From Bacilli bacterium (GTDB lineage Bacteria > Bacillota_I > Bacilli_A > RF39 > UBA660), in assembly GCA_028706395.1 (NCBI GenBank), contig JAQWBL010000004.1, positions 1-60,167 on the forward strand: DNA of 60,167 nt. Direction: 5' to 3'. Each line of letters opens with the position of its first letter. Position 1 is the stretch's first letter. The notes under the pieces are model-generated. The model was given only the letters and a program-made list of their open reading frames with translations. It was not told where the DNA came from and did not search any database. This document shows, in pieces, positions 10,966-19,518 of the stretch. Made by a program: the position numbers and the translations under genes.

Positions 10966-11823
10966 CTACTTATCTAATTCTTTTACAAGTTCTAAAATTT
11001 CTTTTTTATAAACGGGATTATCAAATGCATATGCAATATTTGCTTTTAAAAATCCAACTTGATTTCCAGTATCATACCAAGTTCCATCAAGAATACAAGC
11101 ATAAAAATCTTGTTTATTTATCAAAGTCTCCATTGCATCAGTCAAACAATATTCACCGTTTTTAGCTTCAACTTTCTCAATTTCATCAAATATTTCAGGC
11201 TTTAAAATATACATTCCAAGACTCGCACTAGTGCTTTTAACCGTTCCAACAGCAGGTTTTTCAACCATCTTTTTAATTTTTAAACTATCGCTATTATAAT
11301 AATCCATTATGCCATACTTAAAAATTTCTTCTTTGGGAACTTCTTGAACCCCTACCACATTACAATCATATTTTTCATATGTATCAATCAATTGCTTTAA
11401 AGCAGGTATCGATGATTTAATTAAATTATCGCCATAAAGAACAGCAAATGGCTCATCACCCACAAATGTTTTAGCAAGTGATATTGCATGCGCGGTCCCC
11501 AATGGTTCTCCTTGTCTAATAAAATGAAAATTACCCATATTAGTTATTTCTTTAACCATTGATAATTGTTCCATTTTACCACTTTTTTCAAGTCTTGCCT
11601 CTAGTTCATAATTAAGATCAAAATAATCTTCAACTGTTTTTTTACTTGAACTAGTAACAAATAAAATTTCCTCGATTCCACTTTTAATTGCGTCTTCAAC
11701 AATAAGGTGAATAATTGGTTTATCGATTATCGGAAGCATTTCCTTAGCATTTGACTTGGTAATTGGTAAAAACCTTGTACCCATCCCTGCAATTGGAATA
11801 ACAGCCTTTCTAATCTTTAACAT
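10966..11823 (-). CDS. galU: UTP--glucose-1-phosphate uridylyltransferase
   Basis: 285 aa. The N-terminal block AVIPIAGMGTRFLPITKSNAKEMLPIIDKP is typical of GalU/GtaB. Confidence 0.9.
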   Translation of the reverse strand: MLKIRKAVIPIAGMGTRFLPITKSNAKEMLPIIDKPIIHLIVEDAIKSGIEEILFVTSSSKKTVEDYFDLNYELEARLEKSGKMEQLSMVKEITNMGNFHFIRQGEPLGTAHAISLAKTFVGDEPFAVLYGDNLIKSSIPALKQLIDTYEKYDCNVVGVQEVPKEEIFKYGIMDYYNSDSLKIKKMVEKPAVGTVKSTSASLGMYILKPEIFDEIEKVEAKNGEYCLTDAMETLINKQDFYACILDGTWYDTGNQVGFLKANIAYAFDNPVYKKEILELVKELDK

Positions 11824-11824
11824 T

Positions 11825-11989
11825 TTATTTCTCCTTTCTTAATGCATCATAGGTAAACCAGAATAATAATATAGCCACAACAAATATGACAATCCAGAAT
11901 ACTGGATTATTATGATGTTCGAAAATAAACTCACGAAGTGGTTCAATAACTTTTTCTAACCATTTGTATAGTTTTTCAAAAATATTCAT
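11825..11989 (-). CDS. possible 54-aa single-pass membrane micro-protein
   Basis: ATG at 11989. It reads MNIFEKLYKWLEKVIEPLREFIFEHHNNPVFWIVIFVVAILLFWFTYDALRKEK. It fills the pcrA-galU gap exactly, and its last codons carry the galU RBS. It is below the size cut-off of the ORF track. Confidence 0.45.
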   Translation of the reverse strand: MNIFEKLYKWLEKVIEPLREFIFEHHNNPVFWIVIFVVAILLFWFTYDALRKEK

Positions 11990-11995
11990 CGTTTA

Positions 11996-14080
11996 TCATC
12001 CTTTCTTTATACTCTTATGACCTTTCATTAACTTTTTAAGACCGTGTTGCCTAGAAAAGGCAATTGTTAATATTTCTCTATCAATACCAACAATAAGTCC
12101 TTTACCAAAAACATCATGCATGACACTATCACCTATTTTATATTCAGCTGTCTTATCAATATAATCACTAAAATCATTAGTTGAAAATTGCGGATTATAA
12201 TCATCAATTTCTAAGTTTTCTTCATTTATTTCACCAATAAAACGACTAGGTAAATTTTGACTGGTTAATCCATAAATAGTTCTTCTCCTTGAATTTACTA
12301 ACCATAACTTTTCTTTAGCACGGGTTACAGCAACATAACATAATCGGCGTTCCTCTTCAATCTCATCAAGACTATCGCTTGAATTACTATGCGGAAAAAT
12401 AGTTTCCTCAAGTCCAACAATAAAAACATAATCAAACTCTAATCCTTTAGCAGAATGAATCGTCATTAAAGTTACTGCATCTTTATTATTTTTATATTCT
12501 TCAACATCAGCCACCAAGCTTATCTCGTATAAAAATTCTTCTAAAGATATTATACCATTTCTTTCCTCAAATTCTTTAGTAATTGTTTTAAATTCCTCAA
12601 GGTTTTCTAATCTAATCTCTGATTCGATAGTTTTTTCGTTAAGTAATTCTTGGCGCATTCCACTTTTATCTAAAACATAATCAACCAATTCAGTTAATGT
12701 CATATTCTCAGTTTTAAGTTTTATATCTTCAATAATTTTTTTAAACTCTAATTCCTTACCACTTTCGATTGCACCATATAAAGAAGTTTCTTCATCAATT
12801 GCTTTATTTGATAATCTTTCAATAGTTTTATCACCAATTCCTCTTTTAGGAACATTAATAACTCTTAAAAAATTAATATTATCAGCTTCATTATATATAA
12901 CCTTTAAGTAAGCAATTAAATCTTTAATTTCTTTACGATTATAAAAATAAACACTTCCAACGACCTTATAAGGAAGACGAACCTTTAAGAAAGCTTCTTC
13001 TAAATTTCTCGATTGAGCATTAGTTCTATATAAAACTGCAATATCCCCACCACTAATTCCTTCATTTATTAACTCAGTAGCCTTTTCAACAACAAATGAT
13101 GCTTCATCCTTTTCACTAAATGATTGATGATAGACAACTTTTGATCCGTCATTATTGTCAGTCCATAAATTTTTATCTTTCCTTTGACTATTATTTTTAA
13201 TAATATCATTGGCCACATTTAAAATATACTTAGTCGAGCGATAATTCCTTTCAAGTAATATTACTTTAGGATTTTTATAATCCTTTTCAAAATTCAAGAT
13301 ATTTCTAAAATTCGCACCCCTAAACGAATAGATAGATTGCGATTCATCACCAACAACACAAATATTTTGATATTTCGCACTTATTAATTTAGTTAATAAA
13401 TACTGTGCTTCATTAGTATCTTGATATTCATCAATAAGAATATACTTATATTTTTCTTGATATTCTTTTAAAATATCAGGATACTTCTTAAACAATACTA
13501 AAGGTAACATTAATAAATCATCAAAATCTAATGAATTACCTTCAAACAATCTTTTTTCATACCTTCTAAATATTTCTAAAACTTTTTCATCAAATTCTGT
13601 ATGCACGAATTTACTATAACCCTCCGCATCAATTAACTCATTTTTATTACTACTAATAATATTTTTAATTGATTTAGGATTATAAACTTTAGGATCAAGA
13701 TTTAATTCTTTCATCACCTTTTTAATCATCGTTAAAGAATCAGAACTATCTAAAATAGTAAAGTTTCTTTTATAACTCAATTTTTCACAGTGTTCTTTTA
13801 TAATCAACAATCCAAAAGAGTGAAAAGTTGATATTTGAATTTCATGAGCCATTGGACCTAAAATATTTATAACCCGGCTTTTCATTTCTTTAGCCGCTTT
13901 GTTTGTAAACGTAATGGCCAAAATTGAACCAGGATGAACATTTTTTTCAGTAATTAAATATGCAATACGAGTTGTTAAAACTTTTGTTTTACCACTACCT
14001 GCGCCAGCTAGCACCAATAATGGCCCTTCTGTGGTCGTTACCGCTTCAAGTTGTTGTTCATTTAAATTATCTAGTTTCAT
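11996..14080 (-). CDS. pcrA: ATP-dependent DNA helicase PcrA (UvrD family)
   Basis: 694 aa. Motifs are AGAGSGKTKVLTTR (Walker A), ILIDEYQDTN, VGDESQSIYSFRGA and TIHSAKGLEF. The pcrA-ligA linkage is conserved. The stop is TGA. Confidence 0.95.
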   Translation of the reverse strand: MKLDNLNEQQLEAVTTTEGPLLVLAGAGSGKTKVLTTRIAYLITEKNVHPGSILAITFTNKAAKEMKSRVINILGPMAHEIQISTFHSFGLLIIKEHCEKLSYKRNFTILDSSDSLTMIKKVMKELNLDPKVYNPKSIKNIISSNKNELIDAEGYSKFVHTEFDEKVLEIFRRYEKRLFEGNSLDFDDLLMLPLVLFKKYPDILKEYQEKYKYILIDEYQDTNEAQYLLTKLISAKYQNICVVGDESQSIYSFRGANFRNILNFEKDYKNPKVILLERNYRSTKYILNVANDIIKNNSQRKDKNLWTDNNDGSKVVYHQSFSEKDEASFVVEKATELINEGISGGDIAVLYRTNAQSRNLEEAFLKVRLPYKVVGSVYFYNRKEIKDLIAYLKVIYNEADNINFLRVINVPKRGIGDKTIERLSNKAIDEETSLYGAIESGKELEFKKIIEDIKLKTENMTLTELVDYVLDKSGMRQELLNEKTIESEIRLENLEEFKTITKEFEERNGIISLEEFLYEISLVADVEEYKNNKDAVTLMTIHSAKGLEFDYVFIVGLEETIFPHSNSSDSLDEIEEERRLCYVAVTRAKEKLWLVNSRRRTIYGLTSQNLPSRFIGEINEENLEIDDYNPQFSTNDFSDYIDKTAEYKIGDSVMHDVFGKGLIVGIDREILTIAFSRQHGLKKLMKGHKSIKKG

Positions 14081-14103
14081 TTTACCACCTATTTAATCAT
14101 AAC

Positions 14104-14132
14104 ATAAAAAGACTTACATTATAAGTCCTTTT
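14104..14132 (-). terminator. possible terminator after the 14143..14817 gene
   Basis: Imperfect hairpin AAAAGACTTA/TAAGTCCTTTT with one bulge, followed on the minus strand by a U-run. Confidence 0.35.
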
Positions 14133-14142
14133 ACTATATATT

Positions 14143-14817
14143 TTAATCTTTGAAATGAGTAATAATGTTTTTTAAGACATTTATTAATTTAATAATATTT
14201 TCAGGATTATCGACATCCCTATACAATTTGTTGATTTCTATTTGAATAGATGGGATTTTTGTATTTAATGATGTATTTTTGGTAATTGTTCTAGTTCCTT
14301 GTGCTGTAAAAATTTGATCAAAACCAATATTCATTATACTTTGTTCTTCGAAAAAATGTTTAATAATCATTGGTATAGAATTATGGTTATTTAAATTATT
14401 ATCAAAATCAGTTCCTAAATCAATATCTAAAAATTTATCTTCACTCATACCATGAATATCAAAAAATAATTTTATATTTTCTTTATTAATAATATTAATA
14501 ATTTTATTTTTATAATCGTGAGCAGTTCCATTTTCATCATAATTAAAATCGTATCCATCATTTTTGTTTTTATATATAATGTGACATCCCGTTAAGTTAT
14601 GAAGAATCTTTACTAGCCCGCCTGTTAATAATTCAGCACTTTTATATTTACCATCACGAAAATTTTGAACAGTATGAGGAGCTGACAAAAGAATTGGGAT
14701 TGTCCCTTTTATATAAGTAAAGGAAGTTGTTTTAGTTAAATCCCCATTATATCCATTATCAGAAAATTCTTTTTCATAGTCTAATATTGCTTTATATATT
14801 TCGTTATTATCAACCAC
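14143..14817 (-). CDS. putative zinc amidohydrolase of the N-formylglutamate amidohydrolase / PghP-like fold
   Basis: 224 aa. SAPHTV...SAELLTGG and FFDIHGMS resemble the H...E...H metal-ligand pattern of this fold. The assignment is tentative and based on motifs only. Confidence 0.35.
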   Translation of the reverse strand: MVDNNEIYKAILDYEKEFSDNGYNGDLTKTTSFTYIKGTIPILLSAPHTVQNFRDGKYKSAELLTGGLVKILHNLTGCHIIYKNKNDGYDFNYDENGTAHDYKNKIINIINKENIKLFFDIHGMSEDKFLDIDLGTDFDNNLNNHNSIPMIIKHFFEEQSIMNIGFDQIFTAQGTRTITKNTSLNTKIPSIQIEINKLYRDVDNPENIIKLINVLKNIITHFKD

Positions 14818-14830
14818 TAATTCACCACCA

Positions 14831-15502
14831 TTATCTTGTTTTCCTGTGTTCCTTTTCTACAACCGGTACAATAGCTTTAGCCAAAACTTGCCTTAATATG
14901 CTTTTATCACCAGATTTCGCGCTTGCAACACATCCTTCAATAAGAAGTTTTTTGTCATCTTTCGACCACCTACTATATTCAAAAGTGTAATCAGTCATCT
15001 TTAATTTAGTATTAATATATTCCATATATTGTCTAAAAAACTCCCTTTGAACGCGACCATTTCCTTCTCTAAATGGATGAATAATATCTATTTCACCGTA
15101 ATAATAGGCAAGATAATCAAGTAACGAATCTTCATCAACCACTTTTCTTAAATCTTTTTTCATTTGCAAAAGTGTGTATTCTAAATATTGACCAACAAAC
15201 TCTGGTCGACAAAATGGAATCCCACTTTTTTGAATATTCTCATTCCTTATTTCACCAGCAAAGTCATATAAATCTTCAAACACATATCTATGAATACTTA
15301 AATAATGATCTAAATCAAAATTACCTGTAAACTTTCTTAAATATATTTTAGATAATTTGAAAGTTGAAAATCCTCGATCAACATCTTCTAATAATTGTTT
15401 ATCTTTTATGCCTAACTTATTAATTAATACATCAGTTCCTGGATAACAATAAAGGGATTCAAAATTAATAACCTTGTCCCATCTATCGTAATCGTTTTTC
15501 AT
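14831..15502 (-). CDS. Fic-domain protein (AMPylase-type toxin-like)
   Basis: The canonical Fic motif is present as HPFREGNGRVQREF (HPFx[DE]GNGR). The N-terminal YCYPGTDVLINKLGI block is typical of short Fic toxins. I prefer the ATG at 15502, which follows an AAGGAAG RBS, over the TTG at 15538 given in the track. Confidence 0.85.
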   Translation of the reverse strand: MKNDYDRWDKVINFESLYCYPGTDVLINKLGIKDKQLLEDVDRGFSTFKLSKIYLRKFTGNFDLDHYLSIHRYVFEDLYDFAGEIRNENIQKSGIPFCRPEFVGQYLEYTLLQMKKDLRKVVDEDSLLDYLAYYYGEIDIIHPFREGNGRVQREFFRQYMEYINTKLKMTDYTFEYSRWSKDDKKLLIEGCVASAKSGDKSILRQVLAKAIVPVVEKEHRKTR

Positions 15503-15686
15503 TATACTCTTCCTTATTTTTAGCTTTATGAAGTTCAACTAATCTTTTCAAAAAACTATGTGATGTTTTATTTTTCATTATTGATTCTTTTATTTCATTT
15601 ATTTCTTCTTCATTATGATAAGTTTCTTCAGTTTCCACATTAGCAACTGATTCATTAATTGCCTTATCAATATCCTTTTCTGACAT
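15483..15686 (-). CDS. small acidic protein, candidate class I Fic antitoxin
   Basis: 67 aa with a strong GAGGTGA RBS. It overlaps the Fic start by 20 nt. Size and position match VbhA/FicA-type antitoxins. The closest approaches to the inhibitory [ST]xxxE[GN] motif are TYHNEE and SVANVET, both imperfect. Confidence 0.5.
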   Translation of the reverse strand: MSEKDIDKAINESVANVETEETYHNEEEINEIKESIMKNKTSHSFLKRLVELHKAKNKEEYNEKRLR

Positions 15687-15718
15687 ATAATCACCTCTAT
15701 ATTATTATAACATGACTG

Positions 15719-16393
15719 CTATCTTTTAAATATTGTTTTTTGACGACCACGTTCATTTATATCATCTATTTTACTTTCAAATTCATCTTTAGAAAAAGCA
15801 TCTTTTTTAAGTTCTTCATCATTTAGGTTTGTTGTTTTTCTTAAAACATGAAGATGACGAGTTAAACCATCACCATTATCTTTACAATAATTTGCATATA
15901 TATCTAATCTTTTTTGATTTCTAATATTAAATATTTCATAGTATAAATCAAATGTCTTATAATTAAATTCACTTAAGATACCAATCATATTGTAAATATT
16001 ATTATCAACTTTATTATTAGTGATGGGATTGTCTAAACTCACATTAATCTTTTTAAAAAAATTCCCACCACAATAAGACTTAATATCAATTAGTATTTCT
16101 TCTCTATCGTGTTCCTTTCCAACCGTTATATATGTTTGATCTTCATTATAGACAGAGTTAATAATGGTATACATTAATTCTTTATTAGTAGTTGGTAAAT
16201 ACATCATAATATAAGCAGCATCATCCATTTCATGACCAGTACAACACATAAAAGTCTCAATATTATTATTCCATAATTTCAATAACAATGCTTCTAATTC
16301 AATACTACCTTCAGAAAAAACCTTTGCATAGTATTCCTTGTTTTTCATTACTTCCTTAATATTTAACTGCTTTCCAAATTGATAATTATTCAC
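15719..16393 (-). CDS. hypothetical protein, no recognisable family
   Basis: 224-aa ORF with a GTG start preceded by a GGGGGTG RBS. It is first in the minus-strand run upstream of the Fic pair. It contains FMCCTGHEMDD, but I recognise no motif. Confidence 0.55.
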   Translation of the reverse strand: MNNYQFGKQLNIKEVMKNKEYYAKVFSEGSIELEALLLKLWNNNIETFMCCTGHEMDDAAYIMMYLPTTNKELMYTIINSVYNEDQTYITVGKEHDREEILIDIKSYCGGNFFKKINVSLDNPITNNKVDNNIYNMIGILSEFNYKTFDLYYEIFNIRNQKRLDIYANYCKDNGDGLTRHLHVLRKTTNLNDEELKKDAFSKDEFESKIDDINERGRQKTIFKR

Positions 16394-16544
16394 ATTAGCA
16401 CCCCCAATTATTTAAGTGTTATAATAACATCTAATTAATAAAAAGTAAAGTAATCATTATAATCATATTTTATATCCGCTTTATCATGGCACCCATAAAA
16501 ACATAATGAATATAATAACAGTGAAATAAAAGGAGGAATTTATT

Positions 16545-17543
16545 TTGAAAAAAATTATTATATCAATTTTTATTGTTTTATTAATTGCATTAGGAACCTT
16601 TTTTGCTTTAAAAGATAAAAATAAAGACTTAACCAAAGTAAAAGTTGCAGAAGTTACTCACAGTATTTTTTATGCCCCACAGTATATAGCGCATTCTTTA
16701 GGTTATTTTGAAGAAGAAGGATTAGATGTCGAATTAATATTAGTACCTGGTGCTGATAAAGTAGCCGCTGCTGTTTTATCAGGCGATGTTAATATTGGTT
16801 TTTGTGGTAGTGAAGCATCAATATATATTTACAATGAAGGTGAAGCAGATTATTTAATTAATTTTTCAGGATTAACTAAAAGAGATGGTAGCTTTATAGT
16901 ATCTAGGAAAAAAATTGATAATTTTAAACTTAGTGACATGAAGGGATTGGATGTTATAGGTGGTCGAAAAGGTGGAATGCCAGAAATGACATTTGAATGG
17001 GCACTTAAGACTGATGGCATTGATCCTAAAAGAGACGTTAACATTGACACAAGTATTGCTTTTGCCGCAATGGCAGGATCATTTATTGGTGGAAATGGCG
17101 ATTTTGTTACCCTATTTGAACCTTTAGCACTTCAAATAGAAAAACAAGGATATGGTTATGTTGTTGCTTCTGTTGGCGAACTTGGTGGTTCTGTTCCTTA
17201 TACAACTTACAGTGCCAAGAAAAGTTATATAGAGAACAATAAAACAACAATTGAAGGCTTTACAAGAGCAATTCAGAAAGGCTTAGATTATGTTCATAAC
17301 AATACTGCTGAAGAAATTGCCAAACACATAATCGATTATTTCCCTGACACATCAATTAATGATGTTACTAAAGTGGTAGACAGATATAAAAGTATTGATT
17401 CATGGTACAAAACAACCAAAATCGAAGAAAAAGATTTTGAACATGTTCAAGAAATAATGGAATCAGCAGGAGAATTAAACAAAAAAGTTCCATATAATAA
17501 ATTAGTTGATGTAAGTTTTTCCACAGAAAATAATAATGAATAA
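16545..17543 (+). CDS. ABC transporter substrate-binding protein (NMT1/THI5-like, NitT/TauT family)
   Basis: 332 aa with a TTG start after AGGAGG. It has an N-terminal anchor or signal. HSIFYAPQYIAHSLGYFEEEGLDVEL is typical of NMT1/THI5-type binding proteins. Confidence 0.75.
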   Translation: MKKIIISIFIVLLIALGTFFALKDKNKDLTKVKVAEVTHSIFYAPQYIAHSLGYFEEEGLDVELILVPGADKVAAAVLSGDVNIGFCGSEASIYIYNEGEADYLINFSGLTKRDGSFIVSRKKIDNFKLSDMKGLDVIGGRKGGMPEMTFEWALKTDGIDPKRDVNIDTSIAFAAMAGSFIGGNGDFVTLFEPLALQIEKQGYGYVVASVGELGGSVPYTTYSAKKSYIENNKTTIEGFTRAIQKGLDYVHNNTAEEIAKHIIDYFPDTSINDVTKVVDRYKSIDSWYKTTKIEEKDFEHVQEIMESAGELNKKVPYNKLVDVSFSTENNNE

Positions 17544-18123
17544 AATATTAAATATTGAAAACTTAAAGAAAATTTATCATACTAAGCAAGGTGAAATATT
17601 AGCGGTTGATAACTTTTCTTTTAATTTGTACGAAGGAGAGTTTGTGGCCATTGTCGGCCCAAGCGGATGTGGAAAGTCAACTATTTTATCAATTTTATGT
17701 GGTTTAGAGAAAGTATCAGAGGGAACCGTTAATTTTAATGATAATTCTATGATTGGTTATATGCTACAACAAGATAATTTATTTAATTGGAGAACAATTT
17801 TAAATAATTGCTTACTTGGTTTAGAAATAAAAAATGAATTAACAAAAGAAAATATTGATTATGTCATAAAATTATTAAATACTTATGGACTTGGTGATTT
17901 TATGAATAATTATCCAAATAGTTTATCAGGTGGAATGAGACAAAGGGCGGCTTTAATTAGAACATTAGCTACTAAACCAGATATTCTTTTATTAGATGAG
18001 CCTTTTTCAGCACTTGATTATCAAACTAGGTTAGCCGTATCAGATGATGTTTATAAGATTATTAAAAAAGAGAAAAAAAGTGTCATAATGGTCACCCATG
18101 ATATAAGTGAAGGTATACTCTAA
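17536..18123 (+). pseudogene. ABC transporter ATP-binding protein, 5' portion of a gene split by insertion
   Basis: Walker A GPSGCGKST, Q-loop, signature LSGGMRQR, Walker B LLLDEPFSALD and H-loop VTHDISE are all present. The frame then leaves the family consensus and stops after GIL. The missing C-terminus is found in frame at 30087..30263. Confidence 0.9.
18106..18112. repeat. left copy of the 7-bp direct repeat AGTGAAG (attL core candidate)
   Basis: Left junction gatatAAGTGAAGgtatac versus right junction cctatGAGTGAAGccataag. The identical core is AGTGAAG. Confidence 0.75.
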
Positions 18124-18130
18124 ATAAATA

Positions 18131-18159
18131 TTAAAAAAAGGATAATTATATTATCCTTT
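18131..18159 (-). terminator. intrinsic terminator after pgm, at the left end of the element
   Basis: 9-bp stem AAAGGATAA/TTATCCTTT with a 5-nt loop. A 7-nt U-run follows on the minus strand. Confidence 0.6.
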
Positions 18160-19518
18160 GATCACTTTATTAATTAACTCAAAATATTCTTCTTTGATTT
18201 TTTCAAGTAATTCCTCACTATTAGCTTCAAATCTAACTGTTAAGTTAGGAGTTGTATTAGAAGCCCTAACTAATACCCAAAACTCATCTTTTTCAATTCT
18301 TACACCATCAATATCTTTAAATGGTATTTTTTTGTGTTGTAATATTTCTTTAATCTGATCTATTACTTTAAATTTTTTTTCATCAGCAACAGAAACCTTG
18401 ATTTCATCAGTTGAATAATACTTATCAATTCCTTCTGATAACTCACTTATTGTTTTGCCTGTTGTTGATAATACTTCGACCATTCTAAGACCAGCATAAA
18501 TGCCATCATCAAAACCTGGAAATTTATCTTTAAAAAAGATATGTCCTGAATATTCACCGCCAAATTCAACATTTTCTTGGTGAAGTCTTCTATATACATA
18601 TGAATTTCCTGTACGATTCATAATATGCTTAAGGCCTAATTTATCGATTTCATTAATTAATGATTTCGAACATTTTACATCATAAAGAGCTGTTTTATTT
18701 TTCATATTTTTGCTTAAATAACGATACATTATAATCATATATAAATCACTATTAATAACATTACCTAAATTATCAACAAGCCCGATACGGTCCCCATCTG
18801 CATCTAAAGCAAGTCCTAAATCGTAGTTTAGTTCAACCACCTTTTTTTGAAGATCAACCAAGTTTTCAGGAACTGATGGATCTGGATGATGATTTGGAAA
18901 AGTCGGATCACTTTTTGCATAGATTAACTCATATTCAATTGGTAATGAATCAAGAATGTCCTTGATAACCACTGATGTTGTCCCATTTCCACAATCAACA
19001 ACTATTTTGATTTTTTCATTTCCTAAATCAAGAGATTTTTTAATAAGGTCAACATAATCATTTTTAATATCATAGTAATTTATAGTTCCATCTCCATCTA
19101 TAAATTCCCCTTTAATTGTAAAATTATAAAAGTCGGTAATTTCTTTCCCCAGAGCATTGCCAATTTCATTAAATGATAACTTAAATCCATTGTGATCGCT
19201 AGGATTATGGCTTGCAGTAATCATTATTCCTGACCATATATTTAAATATGTTCTAGCATAATAAAACATTGGGGTTGTAACAAGTCCTAGATCGGTAACA
19301 TTGATACCAGTACTAATAATCCCTTTAATTAAAGAATCTCTTAAAGACGGCGAAGACAAACGATTATCATAACCAACCAAAGCTTCAGTCTTACCAACAC
19401 TGGTAATATATGTCCCAAAACTACGACCTAATATAAAAGCCATATCTTCATTAATATCAATTGGATAGATTCCTCTGATATCATAAGCTCTAAAAATTAA
19501 TGGATTTATTTTACTCAT
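18151..19518 (-). CDS. phosphoglucomutase/phosphomannomutase (alpha-D-phosphohexomutase family)
   Basis: The active-site Ser loop is TASHNPSDHNGFK, the metal loop is DADGDR and the sugar loop is GGEYSGH. I prefer the start MSKINP at 19518, 10 nt after AAGGAG. It overlaps the pgi stop as ATGAGTAA. Confidence 0.9.
   Translation of the reverse strand: MSKINPLIFRAYDIRGIYPIDINEDMAFILGRSFGTYITSVGKTEALVGYDNRLSSPSLRDSLIKGIISTGINVTDLGLVTTPMFYYARTYLNIWSGIMITASHNPSDHNGFKLSFNEIGNALGKEITDFYNFTIKGEFIDGDGTINYYDIKNDYVDLIKKSLDLGNEKIKIVVDCGNGTTSVVIKDILDSLPIEYELIYAKSDPTFPNHHPDPSVPENLVDLQKKVVELNYDLGLALDADGDRIGLVDNLGNVINSDLYMIIMYRYLSKNMKNKTALYDVKCSKSLINEIDKLGLKHIMNRTGNSYVYRRLHQENVEFGGEYSGHIFFKDKFPGFDDGIYAGLRMVEVLSTTGKTISELSEGIDKYYSTDEIKVSVADEKKFKVIDQIKEILQHKKIPFKDIDGVRIEKDEFWVLVRASNTTPNLTVRFEANSEELLEKIKEEYFELINKVIKG

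Noticed and set aside
16394-16544. A TPP or other riboswitch upstream of the NMT1/THI5-like binding-protein gene.
   Set aside because: The ~150-nt leader lacks the conserved CUGAGA / ACCUGA-type TPP elements and shows no obvious terminator hairpin. It looks like a plain divergent promoter region.
18113-18160. Extended inverted-repeat symmetry of the reconstructed attP/attB arms around the AGTGAAG core.
   Set aside because: By eye I could not find convincing dyad symmetry beyond short AT-rich matches. Only the 7-bp identity and the restored frame are claimed, and the exact crossover dinucleotide is undetermined.
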